64,000 bases of DNA from Negaprion brevirostris (taxonomy: Eukaryota). How positions within the stretch are numbered: the first letter of the stretch is position 1; every line of letters begins with the position of its first letter. Below are positions 36,315 to 49,645 of this stretch, piece by piece. The translations under genes were made by a program, and so were the position numbers. The DNA lies in contig JARDVH010000163.1 of NCBI GenBank assembly GCA_030324005.1, positions 33,380,927-33,444,926 on the forward strand, written 5' to 3'. Below the pieces are notes generated by a model that searched no databases, was not told the DNA's origin, and saw only the letters and a program-made list of their open reading frames with translations.

Positions 36315-36425
36315 TTGTTCCCTGGTTTATCTCTACACCCCTTCTTAAATAGCAGAATCTCACTGGCTGTTCACTAGTACTCTGGCACCTCCCCCATGGC
36401 CAGAGAGGAATTAAAAATCCTTGTT
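36315..36425 (-). mobile_element. CR1 RT-region fragment
   Basis: ttccctggtttatctct..cccttcttaaatag..ctctggcacc..ccagagagga is antisense CR1 ORF2 (..PLFKKG....PGN). Confidence 0.65.
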
Positions 36426-36896
36426 AAAATTTTAAAAAACACTTGTTAATTGAGGAGACCAATGTGCTTAGCAAAGGGTCTTGAGTGAGATCGTGCTGGC
36501 ATAATAGTCACGAAAATTTAAAACAGGTTCTTTGTCTATTTTTGCTCCAACAATTCATCAGATTTGCAAGTCTTCTTGGTCTTAACTTCCGCCTTCAGAT
36601 CACTAATTTGCTGCACAACTGCTGAGGTACCTTTAAATGAGTAGCCATGACCAGCTTCCCGTTAATCACCAGTCTTCCTGGATATTTCACCCTGATGCCC
36701 TGATTTGGCACATGGCCCACTCTTCCTTAACCTAGTTGGCTGGCTTCCCAACAGGTAGCTATTAATCGGCTGATTGACGCTTTATCCGCTGCTTTTAAAG
36801 GTAACAGCAGGGGTGGTCAGCAAAGCACACACTCCCTACCTCACACTCGCACCTCCTACCAAAAGGCTTAATATTCACTCTGTCACAATTATAATG

Positions 36897-37290
36897 TCAA
36901 GTAGGCCATGCAGCCTCTCGGGTATGCTCTGGCATTTACTAAGATCATGGCTGATTAGATCTTAGCCTTAATAGCACTTTCCTGCCTCTTCCCCATAACC
37001 CATGACAGCCCTATATTTCAAAAATCTCTGTAGCCCAGCCTTGAACATATTCAATAACCCAGCAACCCCGCGCCCCCCCTCCCCCCACCCCCGTACTTTC
37101 TGGGGTAGAGAATTCCAAAGAATTTCCTTTAAATGGGAGATTCCTTATTCTGAAACTGTGCCCCTCAGTTTTAGATTCCTTGTAAGGGAAGACATCCTCT
37201 TCCATCTCCCCTGTCAAGCGCCCTCAGAATGCTATATGTTTCAGTAAGATCACCTCTTAGGTCAAATGAATATAGCCCACTCCAGTCAAC
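36897..37290 (-). mobile_element. CR1 3' fragment
   Basis: Tail gtaggccat..aagatcatggctgat; ggtagagaattcca (WNSLP); gtttcagtaagatcacctct (RGDLTET). Confidence 0.85.
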
Positions 37291-37412
37291 CTCTTCTCCA
37301 GATGCAAATGGCAGGAAAAAGAAGGCATGGACTTGTTGTAATGGTTTCCCCACTGTACTTACGTTTCTTTGCATTCTGGTGCTTCTCTGGGAGATGAATA
37401 CAGATGAATACA

Positions 37413-37720
37413 GGGCGGCACAGTGGCACAGTGGTTAGCACCTCTGCCTCACAGTGCCAGGGACTTGGTTTTGATTCCCAGCTTGGGCCGCTGACTGTGC
37501 AGATTCTGCACATTCTCCCCATGTCTGCATGGGTTTCCTCTGCATGCTCCAATTTCTTCCCACAATCTGAAAGGTGTGTCGGTTAGGTGCATTGGCCGTG
37601 CTAAATTTTCCCTCAGTGTACCCGAACAGGCGCTGGAGTGCATTAACTAGGGGATTTTCACAGTAACTCCATTGCAGTGTTAATGTTTGCCTACTTGTGA
37701 TACTAATAAATTAACTTTAA
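37413..37720 (+). mobile_element. HE1-like V-SINE, tail type B, full length
   Basis: gggcggcacagtggcacagtggttagcac..V-domain..cctcagtgtacccgaacaggcg..ggattttcacagtaac..ctacttgtgatactaataaa. Confidence 0.92.
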
Positions 37721-38274
37721 AAGAAGTGTTGCACCTGTGCTTACACTAAATAGATGCCCAATCATTCCAACGCAAGTGTGGTCAAAAGTGTTGCCAATTG
37801 CTGACTGCTATTGTTACAATGTCCATAAGATGCCCAAATGTAAGAGCAGCTCAACAGATTGACAGTACACTTTTGTCAGGGCCATTTGCTCAGATCGAGG
37901 AGAATGTAGGTGACTCTGGTAACAAACAGAAAGCACTTATAAATTAATTTCCAACACTGGGTTCTTCATGATTTGTAGCGTCCATTATTTTTAAATGCCA
38001 TGACCTGCAGAATGAGTGTGGGGAAGAAGGGCTATGTTAGGGATATCTCCGAGGTATGATAATAGCTTGGAACGCAAAACCAATCAGGCTTTGACTGGTG
38101 CAGAACACTTCAGCTGTTACCATTGGGCCAGAACGGTTCAGGTAAACTGGTTCCCTGTTTTTGCTGGTCACGTTTACTTTTCTGACAAGGTTCTAACATA
38201 TGCATATCGTGTACAGCACTGCTACCAAACGTAATCTTTAGTAACTTCAGTTCATTATTTTCCTGAATAAATAT

Positions 38275-38477
38275 TGTTAAATTCCCTCATACCGAAGGGT
38301 GTCCTCGGGAACTGTTCAATAACCAGGCATCAGGGAACACAGATCCTTATTCCAGTCTACTCGTCTCACACTCCAAACAAAAACTGCCCTCTCAGGGTGG
38401 TTCCCAACCAAGTCATCCCACACCTTAGGTCACATGACCCATCCCCTTAAAGGGGCTATGCACCAATATACATTACA
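38275..38477 (-). mobile_element. Possible solo LTR
   Basis: TG..CA termini (tgttaa...ttaca) over about 200 bp, an internal cccctttaagggg..ggtcatgtgacc motif on the reverse strand, and imperfect flanks atat/atag. Confidence 0.35.
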
Positions 38478-39925
38478 ATAGCAATTCGTTCTGCTGTGGA
38501 AATATAAAGAATCCTTATTAAAATTTAAAAGCCAAAATAAATACCAATTTCTTAATTGCTACTCCTTTCCAGCTGTTAACATCTTCCCTAGTGCTAAGTG
38601 CAATTGCAAAAAGCTGAAGAATAACATGGATTCCACAGAGCCCTAAACTGAGAAATGTCCTTCTGGGCACATTTACTATTATTTGTACAACCTGGAGAGA
38701 TATGCCTGTATCAAAAATATCTACAGATAGATTTGCATAGATAAATCATATTTAGCTCAAAACTGACTGCTTTTACCAAATCCACAACAGCTACATCAAA
38801 AGGGAACTCATTTATGTTTACATGCTAGTGTACATTAACCTAGGTTTAAATTCCACTTATTTAGTATTTCGGCTCATAACTACTGACAAGTTGTACATAA
38901 ATTTAATAACACATCCTTTCATTCAAACATCTGGCCGTGCTTAATTAAACATTTAAAGCTTGTACCGTTTTACTTGTGGAATAAATAAAATCTCCAAGTA
39001 GCATTATTTGTAGACTGGATACATCCTGCTTGCTGAACAAGTGCATTTTTTTGTCACTTGCTTTCCGTTGTAACGAGTTAAATAGAGTATAACATATAGT
39101 GAATTATTTTCTGATAATTAACTGCAGTTTATCCCTTGTTAATGTTTGCATTAGAGTCACTACAATAGTATCCTGTTGATTGCATACTATCATGCATCAC
39201 AAGCTATTTGTATTAATCACCAGCAAGAAAAATGACACCAGCTACAGGAAGAAACAAATAAATGGCACCCAGCACGTGCGTTTGAATGACCGGACGTGAA
39301 ATTTAATGAAGCAATCATGGATTTTCTATCATTTCAGCATTAATTATTACGCTAACAGGCTTGCCAGTTTATTAATATCAGAGATGGAAAAAGCAAGCGA
39401 CTGCTCTCCAGGGCCTCAATACTGGATCCATTACTTAAACACTGTTCACATCTGTCCTGCTGCAAAATTAAGAGTATGGAATAGATTTAATAACAGAATT
39501 AGTGATTCAAAAGAGTGCTCTACACTGTCAACAAATGGGTAATTATAACCATCCCTTTTTAAAGGGTTCCACCTCAAATCTGTCTGAAAGAAGCGGACGA
39601 GAACCATATTGCATCATACGATACATGTAACGTTCAGTGGTTTATACAAACAGACTTGATATTTCTTTACATGGGCCTGAGTTCCCCAGTCAACAACACT
39701 AACTTTCCAGTGAGGATGTGGAGAGAAAGTAGACCAGTAAATGTCCAGGTGAAAATAGGACAGATCTAACTCTTCATTGTGCTACAACTTTCATTTACAC
39801 TTATATTTAATAGGCTCAGTTAAAAATATCACGGATCTCACACTGAACAGCATTTCAACCAAGTATTTTCAGAAACAGCAGTGAAAAGGTTAAGCTATGC
39901 ATGCTTTTCTATATTTTCATCAAAT

Positions 39926-40215
39926 GGGCCAGCACGGTGGCACAGTGATTAGCACTGCCGCCTCACAGCACTAGGGACCTCTGGGTTCGATTCCCGGTTT
40001 GGATCACTGTTTGTAGGGAATATGCACATTCGCCCCATGTCTGCGTGGGTTTCCTCCCACAGCCCTGAAGACGTGCTGGTTAGGTACCTTGGCCATGCTA
40101 AATTCTCACTCAGTGTACCTGATAAGTTCTGGGCTGTGGCAACCAGAGAATTTTCACAATAACTTTGTTGCAATGTTAACATAAGCCTATTTGTGACACT
40201 AATAAATAAAATTAA
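39926..40215 (+). mobile_element. HE1-like V-SINE, tail type B
   Basis: A box, B box gggttcgattcc, V-domain and tail B. Confidence 0.9.
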
Positions 40216-41184
40216 ATGAAGTTGACACATAGAGCAAATAGTAAAACATTATGAAGTTAATGAAATCAGAAGTTTTTGGTATGATCTACAGCATGTGTTC
40301 ACGGCAGTCATAAAGGCATCTGGGAAACATGACCATTCACAGTTATCTTGCACCATGCCTGCTTAGCGGTACTAAGTAAGACAGTAAAAGAAAGTGCAAG
40401 TAACATCTTATTCCTCCTTTAGAATGACTGTAATTGCACATTTTATGTTCTTTACACGTTTTCCCATTTAGCCTTTGCAACCAAGTACGAAATTGCAAAG
40501 ACTTCACTATTTCTAAGGATAAAACGTGTGAGGGGTTTTACTTTCTCGGCTCTCTGATGTAATATTTCAAACAGTTGCTTCAATCAGATTGGACTCGAGG
40601 TAATGTTGACTGTGGTTAAGCTCTTTTAAGCATTTGAGAAGTTACAATTCTCTGCAGTTTTTGTGGTCATTTCAACATCACTTCCCAAGTGCCACTCAAT
40701 GCTACATTCCGTTTCCTTTCCCAGTCGGAAACCTGAGCTTGAATCCAGCCAGACTGATAGGGTGAAAGCCTCGTTTCTCTTCTAACTATAAAAATCGTCT
40801 GCAAAATGATGTCCTGTCTCTAGGTAGATACTTGTAGCTGTGAGACACATCACATCATTCAGCTTAAAGTTGACAGTCTCACTTAGAAATACCACAAAAA
40901 TGGTTCATGGAGGAATCAGAAGCCTTTTGAGTTTGGCATTAACACTCAGAGGAATGACATTTGTCTCAGTCTACTGCACAAAATGGGTGTGAGGAAATCA
41001 GCAGCCTGATTTTCATTTTCATTCAAACCTCCTAAATTCCCATTAATTCTTAGAAAGTCTGGCTTCAAATATGAAACAGGAGAGACAAATAGAGGAAAGA
41101 GGGTAGATTCAACGCTCTTTGGGGCATCAATTCATTGGTACCCAAAACTTGGTATAACTTGTGCTGAGCATAGTCAATGCATTC

Positions 41185-41890
41185 CAGGATGGAGCATATA
41201 AAGTAAGAGGGACAATTTTTGGGGGGCGTAGATGTAGAGGTTGTATAGGTGCATAGATCATTGAAGATTGCAGAACAAGTGGAGACAGCAATTAATAAAG
41301 CATACAATGTCTTGGGCATTATTAATAGGGGCATAGAGTACGAGAACAAAGTTATGCTAAACTTATGTAGGACACTAGTTAGTTCCCAGCTGGAATATTC
41401 AGTACAGTTCTCCTCATCACACTATAGGAAGGACATGGATGCATTGGGGCAAGTGTAGAAGAGGTACACAAGAATGGTTCAAGAAATTTCAATTGTGAGG
41501 ATAGATGGCGAGGTTGGGATGAGTTCTCCTTAGAGAGAAGAATACTAACAGGAGATCTGATCTAGATTTCAAAATCATGAGGTGGCTCCTGCTCGTAAAA
41601 GGATCAAAAATGACAGGTTTGAAGTGATTGCAAAATAAGCAAATGTGCTGTAGAAAGAAACCTTTTCATGTAATGAGTGGTTGGGTCTGGAATGCACTGC
41701 CTGGAAGTATGGTGGAGTCAGGTTCAATTGAAGCATTCAGGAAAGCAGTGGATGATTATTTGAATAGAAACAATATGCAAGGGAACAAGGAAACATCAGG
41801 AAAATGGCACAAAGTCACAATGCTCGTTGGAGAGCTGATGGAGACACAGTGGGATGAATGGCCTCCTTCTGTGCTGTCATACTTTCTTGA
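41185..41890 (+). mobile_element. 5'-truncated CR1 LINE
   Basis: HRSLKIAEQVETAINKAYNVLGIINRGIEYENKVMLNLCRTLVSSQLEYSVQF..VWNALP, followed by the tail. Confidence 0.9.
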
Positions 41891-42910
41891 TTCTATTTTT
41901 CTCAGCATCTAGAATGTAAACCACAACAGCACCTACTCCTCATTCACATAAGACTCACAAACATTTAAGAAAGAGTGATTACAAAAAAGAGATAGCATTC
42001 ATTGATATCTTTAGAAGATCCTGAGAAATCACTGTTAGTTTAGTTCTTAAAAATAATAGTTGAATCTGTTGCAGGTTTGAGAATTCCACGTATGTTCACT
42101 GAAGAAATTAGGATGTTGGAGGTTTCTGATTAACTCTATAATCTACTCATAGTTTTCTGGCTTTTCTAGTTGTAGTTGCGGTTGAGCCTGTAGTTAAAAA
42201 ATATAATCTTAAGGTATAAAGAATTAGCCCCATTTCTCTGTCTTAGGCAGTGTCCTTCCTTTTTCTGGGTAAGATAACTTCCTCCAAATTCTTTGCACCC
42301 AGACAGACTACCCTGGCTTGTTCTTAGAATAAGAAGAATTACTATCTCAAACCAGTTTCTGACATGTGACCCCAGAATTAATATTCCCATTATCCACACA
42401 AATGATTTAGTGGAGAATGAATGGTGGCCATTCACATCTCTGAGTGATAACGTGATTTACTTCAAACCCATCTTTTTGAGATTTCAATTTTGCTGACATA
42501 AGTCTGGAGCNNNNNNNNNNNNNNNNNNNNNNNNNNNNNNNNNNNNNNNNNNNNNNNNNNNNNACAAGTAATCTGTTGCATCCTGATGCTCCTTGAATGG
42601 ATGGTTCCCAAAAACATTATTTGCCTTTTAATGACTTTCCAGAGACATGCCCAGTCATGAGGTTGGTCCCCATTGGTTCAGTAACCACAAGAGGTTACCT
42701 GACTCAAATGGAATCCATTTTGTCAACATGAATTGTCTATGCTTCTTTGAGAAAGTTAAAGGTTTTTTTCTGTGGCTTCTACTAGTCCTTATTTAGGCTG
42801 CTGTAAAGCAAGAGCAAGCAGCTTGGGGCCTTGAAATCTCCAAATACACGTAGCCAATTTTTCAAATTAATCTCACGCGATGCAGTATACTTCTGTTAAT
42901 ATTGAAATGA

Positions 42911-43030
42911 GGGCCCGAATTTTACCGCCTTACCCTCCCCGGAATCGGGGCAGGCATGGCTCACAGAACAGAATTCTCTGTTGGCCTCGGGTGGAATTTT
43001 ATGAGTCTCACCCGAGCGAGGTCATAACAG
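42911..43030. mobile_element. MITE fragment (Harbinger-like terminus)
   Basis: gggcccgaattttacc start; CpG-rich 120-bp block. Confidence 0.5.
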
Positions 43031-44204
43031 GTCTGTGCTGTTTGTAAACAGCCACTATTACTACCTTAAAAAAAACAGACTGCCAAATTTTACAATGTAC
43101 ATGCAATCAAATACACACTGCAAAAACTGTAACAGTTGTTCTAATTCACACCGGTGTTTAGTCTTCTTGCCAACCACCTTACTTAATCTCATTTCTGATC
43201 CACTACTCTTACAAAGTGCTTACTGAGTAGCGTGAGGTTGAGTAGCAGGTGGCATTTTGCCCAAAAGAGAAACAAACAACATTGTGGCACAATGGCTTAA
43301 CTAGCTTATCAAACAATATTGCTCCTGGATGAGTAGCATGTTGGCATTTTTACCAGCTCAAGTATATATAGCAAGGATGGATGATTCAACAGGCAGAAAG
43401 AGATAAATTGGAGCTCGGAAAGAATGACACATTCTGAACAGAGTAGCTATAAAGAAAGATCAATAAGTGGTTTGGGAAATCATTCGCAAGTCAAAATATG
43501 GAACGTGTACAAAGTTAAAATGTACAAAGGTACACAAAGGATGTATGAAACTGAAAAGAAAACATGCACAAGATTTATACAACGTTTCCTTTTCTACATA
43601 CAGTTCAATTAATAAAGCAATTACTTGCATTTTCTTTGTTAAGCTTTTGCACTGCAACAGGCTTGGAACTTGAACGCAGCTTAGAAAAGGTAATTCTCCT
43701 GCTGCTAGCAAAGGCCGACAAGATGGCCTGCTGTGCAAACAAGTATGCAATAAAAATTCTAATAAAACTCAAAATGAACAAGGCCTGTTGAAGTTCAGTA
43801 CTTTGGTTAATCTGTTGCACTTCCTAGTGTTTCTGAAGTTTTGTGGCTTGTGCAGTTACCAATGTGCTAACTTGCCAAAAAGGAAGCAAGACTTTCAGAT
43901 CTTACTTTTTCCTAACACATCTTTTGCAAAAAGTGAGTATTTTCAATCAAAATCAAACAATTTTAAAATAGGCAGAGAATAGGAGTTTCAAAGGCATCTT
44001 CAATATTCCAAAATTTCAAAATTGCATTTTCATAGGGATCCTCACTACAATAACATAGGCAAAAGTCTCATTTTCTTATTAGACAGTTAGAAAAGGTAAA
44101 TACATGTTTGGAATTAACTCTAATAATGTGTATAATACTGGTCCTGCCTAAGGACGTGTCAATTTCCAGACATGGCTCCATTTCTCTATTAAATCCGGGT
44201 ATAG

Positions 44205-44632
44205 CATCATACAGCCATAGAGTTTTACAACATGGAAACAAGCCCTTCAGCCCAACTTGTCCATGCTGCCCTTTTTTTAAACCCATAAGCTAATCCCAAT
44301 TGACCACATTTGGCCCAAACCCCTCTATACTCATCTTATCCATGTAACAATCTAAATGCTTTTTAGGATTCAAAATTGTACCCACTTCTACTACTACCTC
44401 TGGCAGCTTGTTCCAGACACTCACCACTCTGTGTGAAATAATTGCCCCTCTGGACACTTTTTTATCTCTCCCCTCTCACCTTAAACCTATGCCTTCTAGT
44501 TCTAGACTCCCCTACCTTTTGGGAAAAAATATTGACTATCTAGCTGATCTGTGCCTTTTTTATCTTATAGACCTCGATAAGGTCACCCCTCGGCCTCCTA
44601 CGCTCCAGAGATAAAAGTCCCTGCCTATCCAT
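44205..44632 (-). mobile_element. CR1 3' fragment
   Basis: Tail catggaaacaagcccttcagcccaac; ggcagcttgttccagac (VWNKLP); acctcgataaggtcacccct (RGDLIEV). Confidence 0.88.
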
Positions 44633-44714
44633 TTGATATGACTGGATTTGATTATAATTATTTGGCTGCACTTGAATGTTCTAATTTGGCGCAAATATGT
44701 TTGTTATCTACGAG

Positions 44715-44925
44715 CATGGATAGTACCTACAATTCCAAAAGGGTGGTGGGAGCAGATTCAACAATAACTTTCAAAGGGAATTGGGTAAATACTTGTAAAG
44801 GAAATATTTGCAGGACCATGGAGAAAGGGCAAAGGATTGGAAATAATTGGAAAGTTCTTTCAAAGATATGGCACAGTTATGATGGGCCAAATGGTCTGCT
44901 TCCCGGCTGTATAATTCTATGATTC
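44715..44925 (+). mobile_element. CR1 3' end
   Basis: gggtggtgggagcagattcaacaataactttcaaaggg..gatgggccaaatgg..ctgtataattctatgattc. Confidence 0.8.
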
Positions 44926-44969
44926 AGAGTCGTTAACAAAGACAGTTAAACAGTTAACAAAGACAGTTA

Positions 44970-45250
44970 CAGTGACTCGTGGAGTGCCCCAGGGGTCGGT
45001 GCTGGGGCCTCAGCTATTTAACCTTTATATAGATGCTCGGGAGGAGGGAACCGCGTGTCTGGTGTCGAAATTTGNNNNNNNNNNNNNNNNNNNNNNNNNN
45101 NNNNNNNNNNNNNNNNNNNNNNNNNNNNNNNNNNNNNNNNNNNNNNNNNNNNNNNNNNNNNNNNNNNNNNNNNNTTATTGAATGGCAGGGCAGGCTTGAA
45201 GGGCTAGATGGCCTACTCCTGCTCCTATTTCTTATGTTCTTATGTTCTTA
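44970..45250 (+). mobile_element. CR1 LINE (RT motif, gap, tail)
   Basis: [24 protein letters not shown]; tail ending in (ttcttatg)n. Confidence 0.9.
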
Positions 45251-45289
45251 AAAAGCAAGGTTTCTAACACTGGCCCCGATGGGACTTCC

Positions 45290-45730
45290 CCACTAACTAG
45301 CAGAGCCATTGCCATTAACAATAACCTCTGCTACCACAAGCAATTTTGTTACATCCAACCTGGGATCAGCCTGCCAATCATAAAGGCCTTACTTCCCCAG
45401 ATCTCTCTCTAATAAGGTAGCCTACTGTGCTGCACCTCATCAAAAGCTTTTTGAAAATCCAGGGAGCTAATAAGCCAACTTGGCTAATTTCATCCAACAA
45501 TGCAGTAATGTCTTCAAAAGGTTCAACCAGACTGTCAAAAGATTGCCTTTGCCAGAAGCTACATTGGACGTCTCTAATGAGCCCCTTCTCTGTCCAAATT
45601 TAATATAGAGTATTTTTAATTATCCCTTTCAGCAACTTGCCAATAATCAAAATTAAACTAATAGTTTTATAATTTCCTGTTTCTGGCTTTATTTAATATT
45701 GGTACAACATAATCCTCCTTCTAGTCTTGA
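45290..45730 (-). mobile_element. Old CR1 RT fragment
   Basis: catcaaaagctttttgaaaatccag is antisense LDFQKAFD; gggacttcccc is GEVP-like. Confidence 0.7.
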
Positions 45731-46967
45731 ATCTAGCACGCTGTTATATTTATAAAGTGGTATAAGCTAGTCTTGGTCGATGGTACAAAACAACAATGTT
45801 GAATTGGCCTTCTGGTACAGAATCACAGAACAGTAACAGTACCGAAGCAGACCATTCAGCCCTTCATATTTTTGCTGATGGTTCAATTCAACCAGAACCA
45901 CTCATCCACCTTCTCTCCAAAACACCCAGCTTCTAATGTTCAGTTGCATTGCAGTCACTGAAATTAAATAAGTGCTCCATATAACGGTGACCAATCCAAT
46001 ATTGACCAAGGCGAATGACTACCTCAAAAAGGTTACCTGCCATTTCTTTCAGCATCCTCAGGTGAATATCCTCAGGGTTCCCAGCTTATTTTGATCTCAG
46101 ATCCCTTTACCTTTCCAGGTTACATCTGAATTGATTTCAACATTTGCAATGTTTGTGTTCACCATACACCGCATTTATGTTAACTGGAAAGGTCTACTGA
46201 CATGAAGACTGATGCAGTGTTTTGAGAATTCATCTCAATCTGCCTAGTGTAATCCTGTACCAGTCCTATGAAGTTTTTATCTCCCTCTTACTCCTACCCG
46301 AACAAAAAGTTAAATAAACTGTTGATTAATGTGGACTTGTGCATTTGCCAGTCCAATTAATTTCTGTAGTCCAAATTCAGTTTCAAAACAGAAATTTTTG
46401 TTTGTACAATACCTTATGAATTGCTAAATTCTTGGCTCAGTCTGAAGTGCTTTCTGCTCATATTGTACCAGTTCATCCCAGTGACCAGGGGGAATGCAGC
46501 TTTCTGCCAGAAGATTTCAACAGATGGAAAACAGGTTACTTCTTCAAAAAAAACAAGAAAAATTTTCTTTCCTATGTTGATTAATGATATGCTGAGTTCC
46601 ACACACAAAAAAGCATGTGCTTAATCAAATAAAAATGAAATTATGCACCCACAGACTGATCTTTAAAATTTGCCATAAGTGTCACAGTTCTGGTATCAGA
46701 TATTATGGTAATTGGCTTTTGTGAAACAGGATAATGGAGCTTTAAAAATGATTAATATAGGATGTATAAGATTTACGTTCATCAAAACACATCTGAATCT
46801 CCATATAGTACAAGTAAACCCCAGTGGAATTGGGAGATGTGTAAATATTTAGAACAATCCGACTGAAACAAAAATGCATTTGATAATTAGATAAATGTGA
46901 ATCTCCACTGAGATGTATGACAAGGTCTATTGTCACATAAATGCCAACCCGGAAGTGAAGTGACATT

Positions 46968-47250
46968 GGGTGGCATGGTAGCACAGCGGTTAGATCTACT
47001 GCCTCACCGCACCAGGGACACGAGTTTGATTTCCGGCTTGGGTCACTATCTGTATGGTGTTTGTATGTTTTCCTCGTGTCCTTGTGGGTTTCCTCCAGGT
47101 GCTCTGGTTTCCTCCCACATCCTGAAAGATGTTTGGTTCAATGCATCTAACCAGCACAAGTGCTGGACTGTGGCAACTAGAGGAATTTCACAATAACTTC
47201 ATTACAGTGTTAATGTAAGCCTTATTGTGACTAATAAATTACCTTTTAAC
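46968..47250 (+). mobile_element. HE1-like V-SINE, tail type B
   Basis: Head, V-domain and tail B. Confidence 0.88.
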
Positions 47251-47759
47251 TTTTGGTCAGCTTGACGGGGAGAAATATAAAGATACTACTGTGTTCATCT
47301 TGGCTAGGTTCAATTGCATTATTGAAGTCACTGTTGTTTGGTTATAACAGAGTTATGTTAAAGAGATGACTCATTTGTCAATTTTAGCACCTTGTTTAGA
47401 GTCAGTGTACTGCTCTTTTTTTTAGAATTTTGCTCTATATTTCTGTCTTCATCCCTTCTTTGCTAAACAGGGACATTGGTTTGAGAATCTATCCATGGAG
47501 GAGCCACTTCCAAGCATTGTACGATCATAACACTTTGATTTATTATTTGTTAAACATTTCTGCCACTGGGAGATTGCTAATGCAATGGCCGTGATATTTA
47601 TCAGGAACCAGGGAAGGAGTGGGCTGTGTGTCGGGGTGTGTGTGTGTGGGTAGGGGTAGTTCCTATGGTTGCAAAATATTGAAATCCAGGCAATGCGGGA
47701 AACCTGCCAACTTCCACAGGCAGGAACACATATAAATAAAAGTTTCAATCGAATTTCTA

Positions 47760-47930
47760 TCCACCAAAGATGTGTGGGTGAGGTTGATCGGTCATGATAA
47801 ATTGCCCCTTAGTGTCAGGGATTTAGGAGGGCAAATATGTGGCATTCTGGAGATAGGACCTGGGTGGGATTGTTGTTGATGCAGGTTCGATGGGACAAAT
47901 GACCTCCTTCTGCACTGTAGAATTCTGACT
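47760..47930 (+). mobile_element. 3' half of HE1 SINE with CR1 tail (type A)
   Basis: ccaaagatgtgtggg..aaattgccccttagtgtc..gcaggttcgatgggacaaatgacctccttctgcactgtag. Confidence 0.85.
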
Positions 47931-48352
47931 CAATACCAGCAAGTCAACTGGAGGGAGTGATTGTTGGGGAGGAGAAGCATGCCAAGATTGAGAGTTCGTA
48001 AGAAAATTGAAAGCTTGCTGACAAAGTGTAAAATATTCTCATGCTTTCAGAGGCCACAAGGTGCTGTATTGTATTAGAAATATATTTTTAATTCAGTAAA
48101 TCATCATAGAAACTCATCCTTTGAAGGAAAGTTGATCAGTCTTGTGTGTTTGTTTCAAGGCATTGCAGTGCTTTTCCAATAAAGAAAGCAGCAAAATGCA
48201 GTGAAATGCCCTACCATCATTACTGCTGTACCATCAACTGGCTCTGGCAGTTTTTTTTAGAAAAACTGATTCTAACACTTGAAAAAAAAATCTAACCGCC
48301 TGTTCTCTTACATCTTACATTGATGGAAGACACACTGTGTGTGTGGGGGGGA

Positions 48353-48477
48353 GGAGGAATTTCCCCGTCCCACCCACCATAGAAATCGTAGCAGGCAGGG
48401 AGTGGATCATGCAAAGATCTGTTGACATCGAGCATGATTTTCCACTTTTGTGATGAGCGTGGCTGGAAATCCCACTC
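48353..48477. mobile_element. MITE, same family as 12241-12366
   Basis: gaatttccccgtcc..aaatcgtagc..caaagatctgttgac..gattttcc..aaatcccac. Confidence 0.65.
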
Positions 48478-49366
48478 ACTATTTTGAATTGAAATGAGCA
48501 CCTACTGTTCTTTCTTTCCCAAAGAATAGTCTACTGTTTGGACAGCTATGGCCATCATTAATGCTTGCCTGAGCTTCAAGTGCTAAGGAGTTTCAGAATC
48601 ACAAGTGTTCCAATCATCTGAGTGTCAATGACAGTTTCAAGAAGTTGTAATAACAGATTGCCCCTTTGATGTGGTTTCTGACTTGTTGACATGTTGAAAG
48701 GATTACAAGTATTGCAAGGTATTTTCATCTGGCAGAATGCATGTTTTCTCTATCAATTATATGGAAGCTTTTCGTAAATAAAACAACTATTATTTATTTC
48801 CTCCAAAAGAATATAACATATTTTTCATTGACATTGCAAGGAATAGAAGGATTGTATACTCCATGCATACTGGGCGTGGTGCTATGGAAGATAAATGGGA
48901 ACACAGAGGTGGCATGGATGATCTGAGGGGGCATGGAAGATCCATGGAGGCATTCATGTGGCATGGAGTGGCATGTGTGATCCGTAGGGGCTTGTGGATA
49001 CATGAGTGGCATAAAAGTAGCATGGGGTTGGGCTGGGATAAAGAAGGTGAAGGGTGAGGTTTAGAGAGCTATGAATGTCAAATTAGAATATTTTTTTCTC
49101 TAGTTAACAAGTATTATCTCTCCTCCTAATCGGATGTTGATCAAGCTTTAGATAATATTTTAGTTCAATGTTATTTTATGAAGGACTGTAAGCCAAAGGC
49201 ACTAATAAATGTGAATGTGTCTGATCTGATGGTTCTTGTACTGGAATTTATTTCAGAACTCACCTGTTGCTTCATTATAAAATAAACATCGATGTGGTAA
49301 AGACCCTAATATACATGAGTTCGTTTTTCTTATTACTAAGGAATACCCCTTATCCCAGACTACATC

Positions 49367-49645
49367 GAGTGGTATAGTGGCACAGTGGTTAACACTGCTG
49401 CCTCACAGCTCCAGGGATCCGGGTTCAATTCTTGGCTTAGGTCACTGTATGTATGGAATCTTCACGTTCTCCTTGTGTCTGCGTGGATTTCTTCTGGGTG
49501 CTCCAGTTTCATCCCAATGGTTATGTGCACTGGCCGTGCTAAATTCTCCCTCAGTGTATCCGAACAGGTGCCAGAGTGTGGCAACTACAGGATTTTCACA
49601 GTAACCTCATTGCAGTGTAAGTGTAAACCTAGTTGTGACTTTAAA
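49367..49645 (+). mobile_element. HE1-like V-SINE, tail type B
   Basis: Head, V-domain and tail B. Confidence 0.9.

Noticed and set aside
37413-37490. tRNA-like sequences at SINE heads
   Set aside because: A/B boxes continue into the V-domain or SINE body without a complete cloverleaf; not tRNA genes.
42200-42770. Possible LTR-like segment around a gap
   Set aside because: No definable termini or TSD could be seen.
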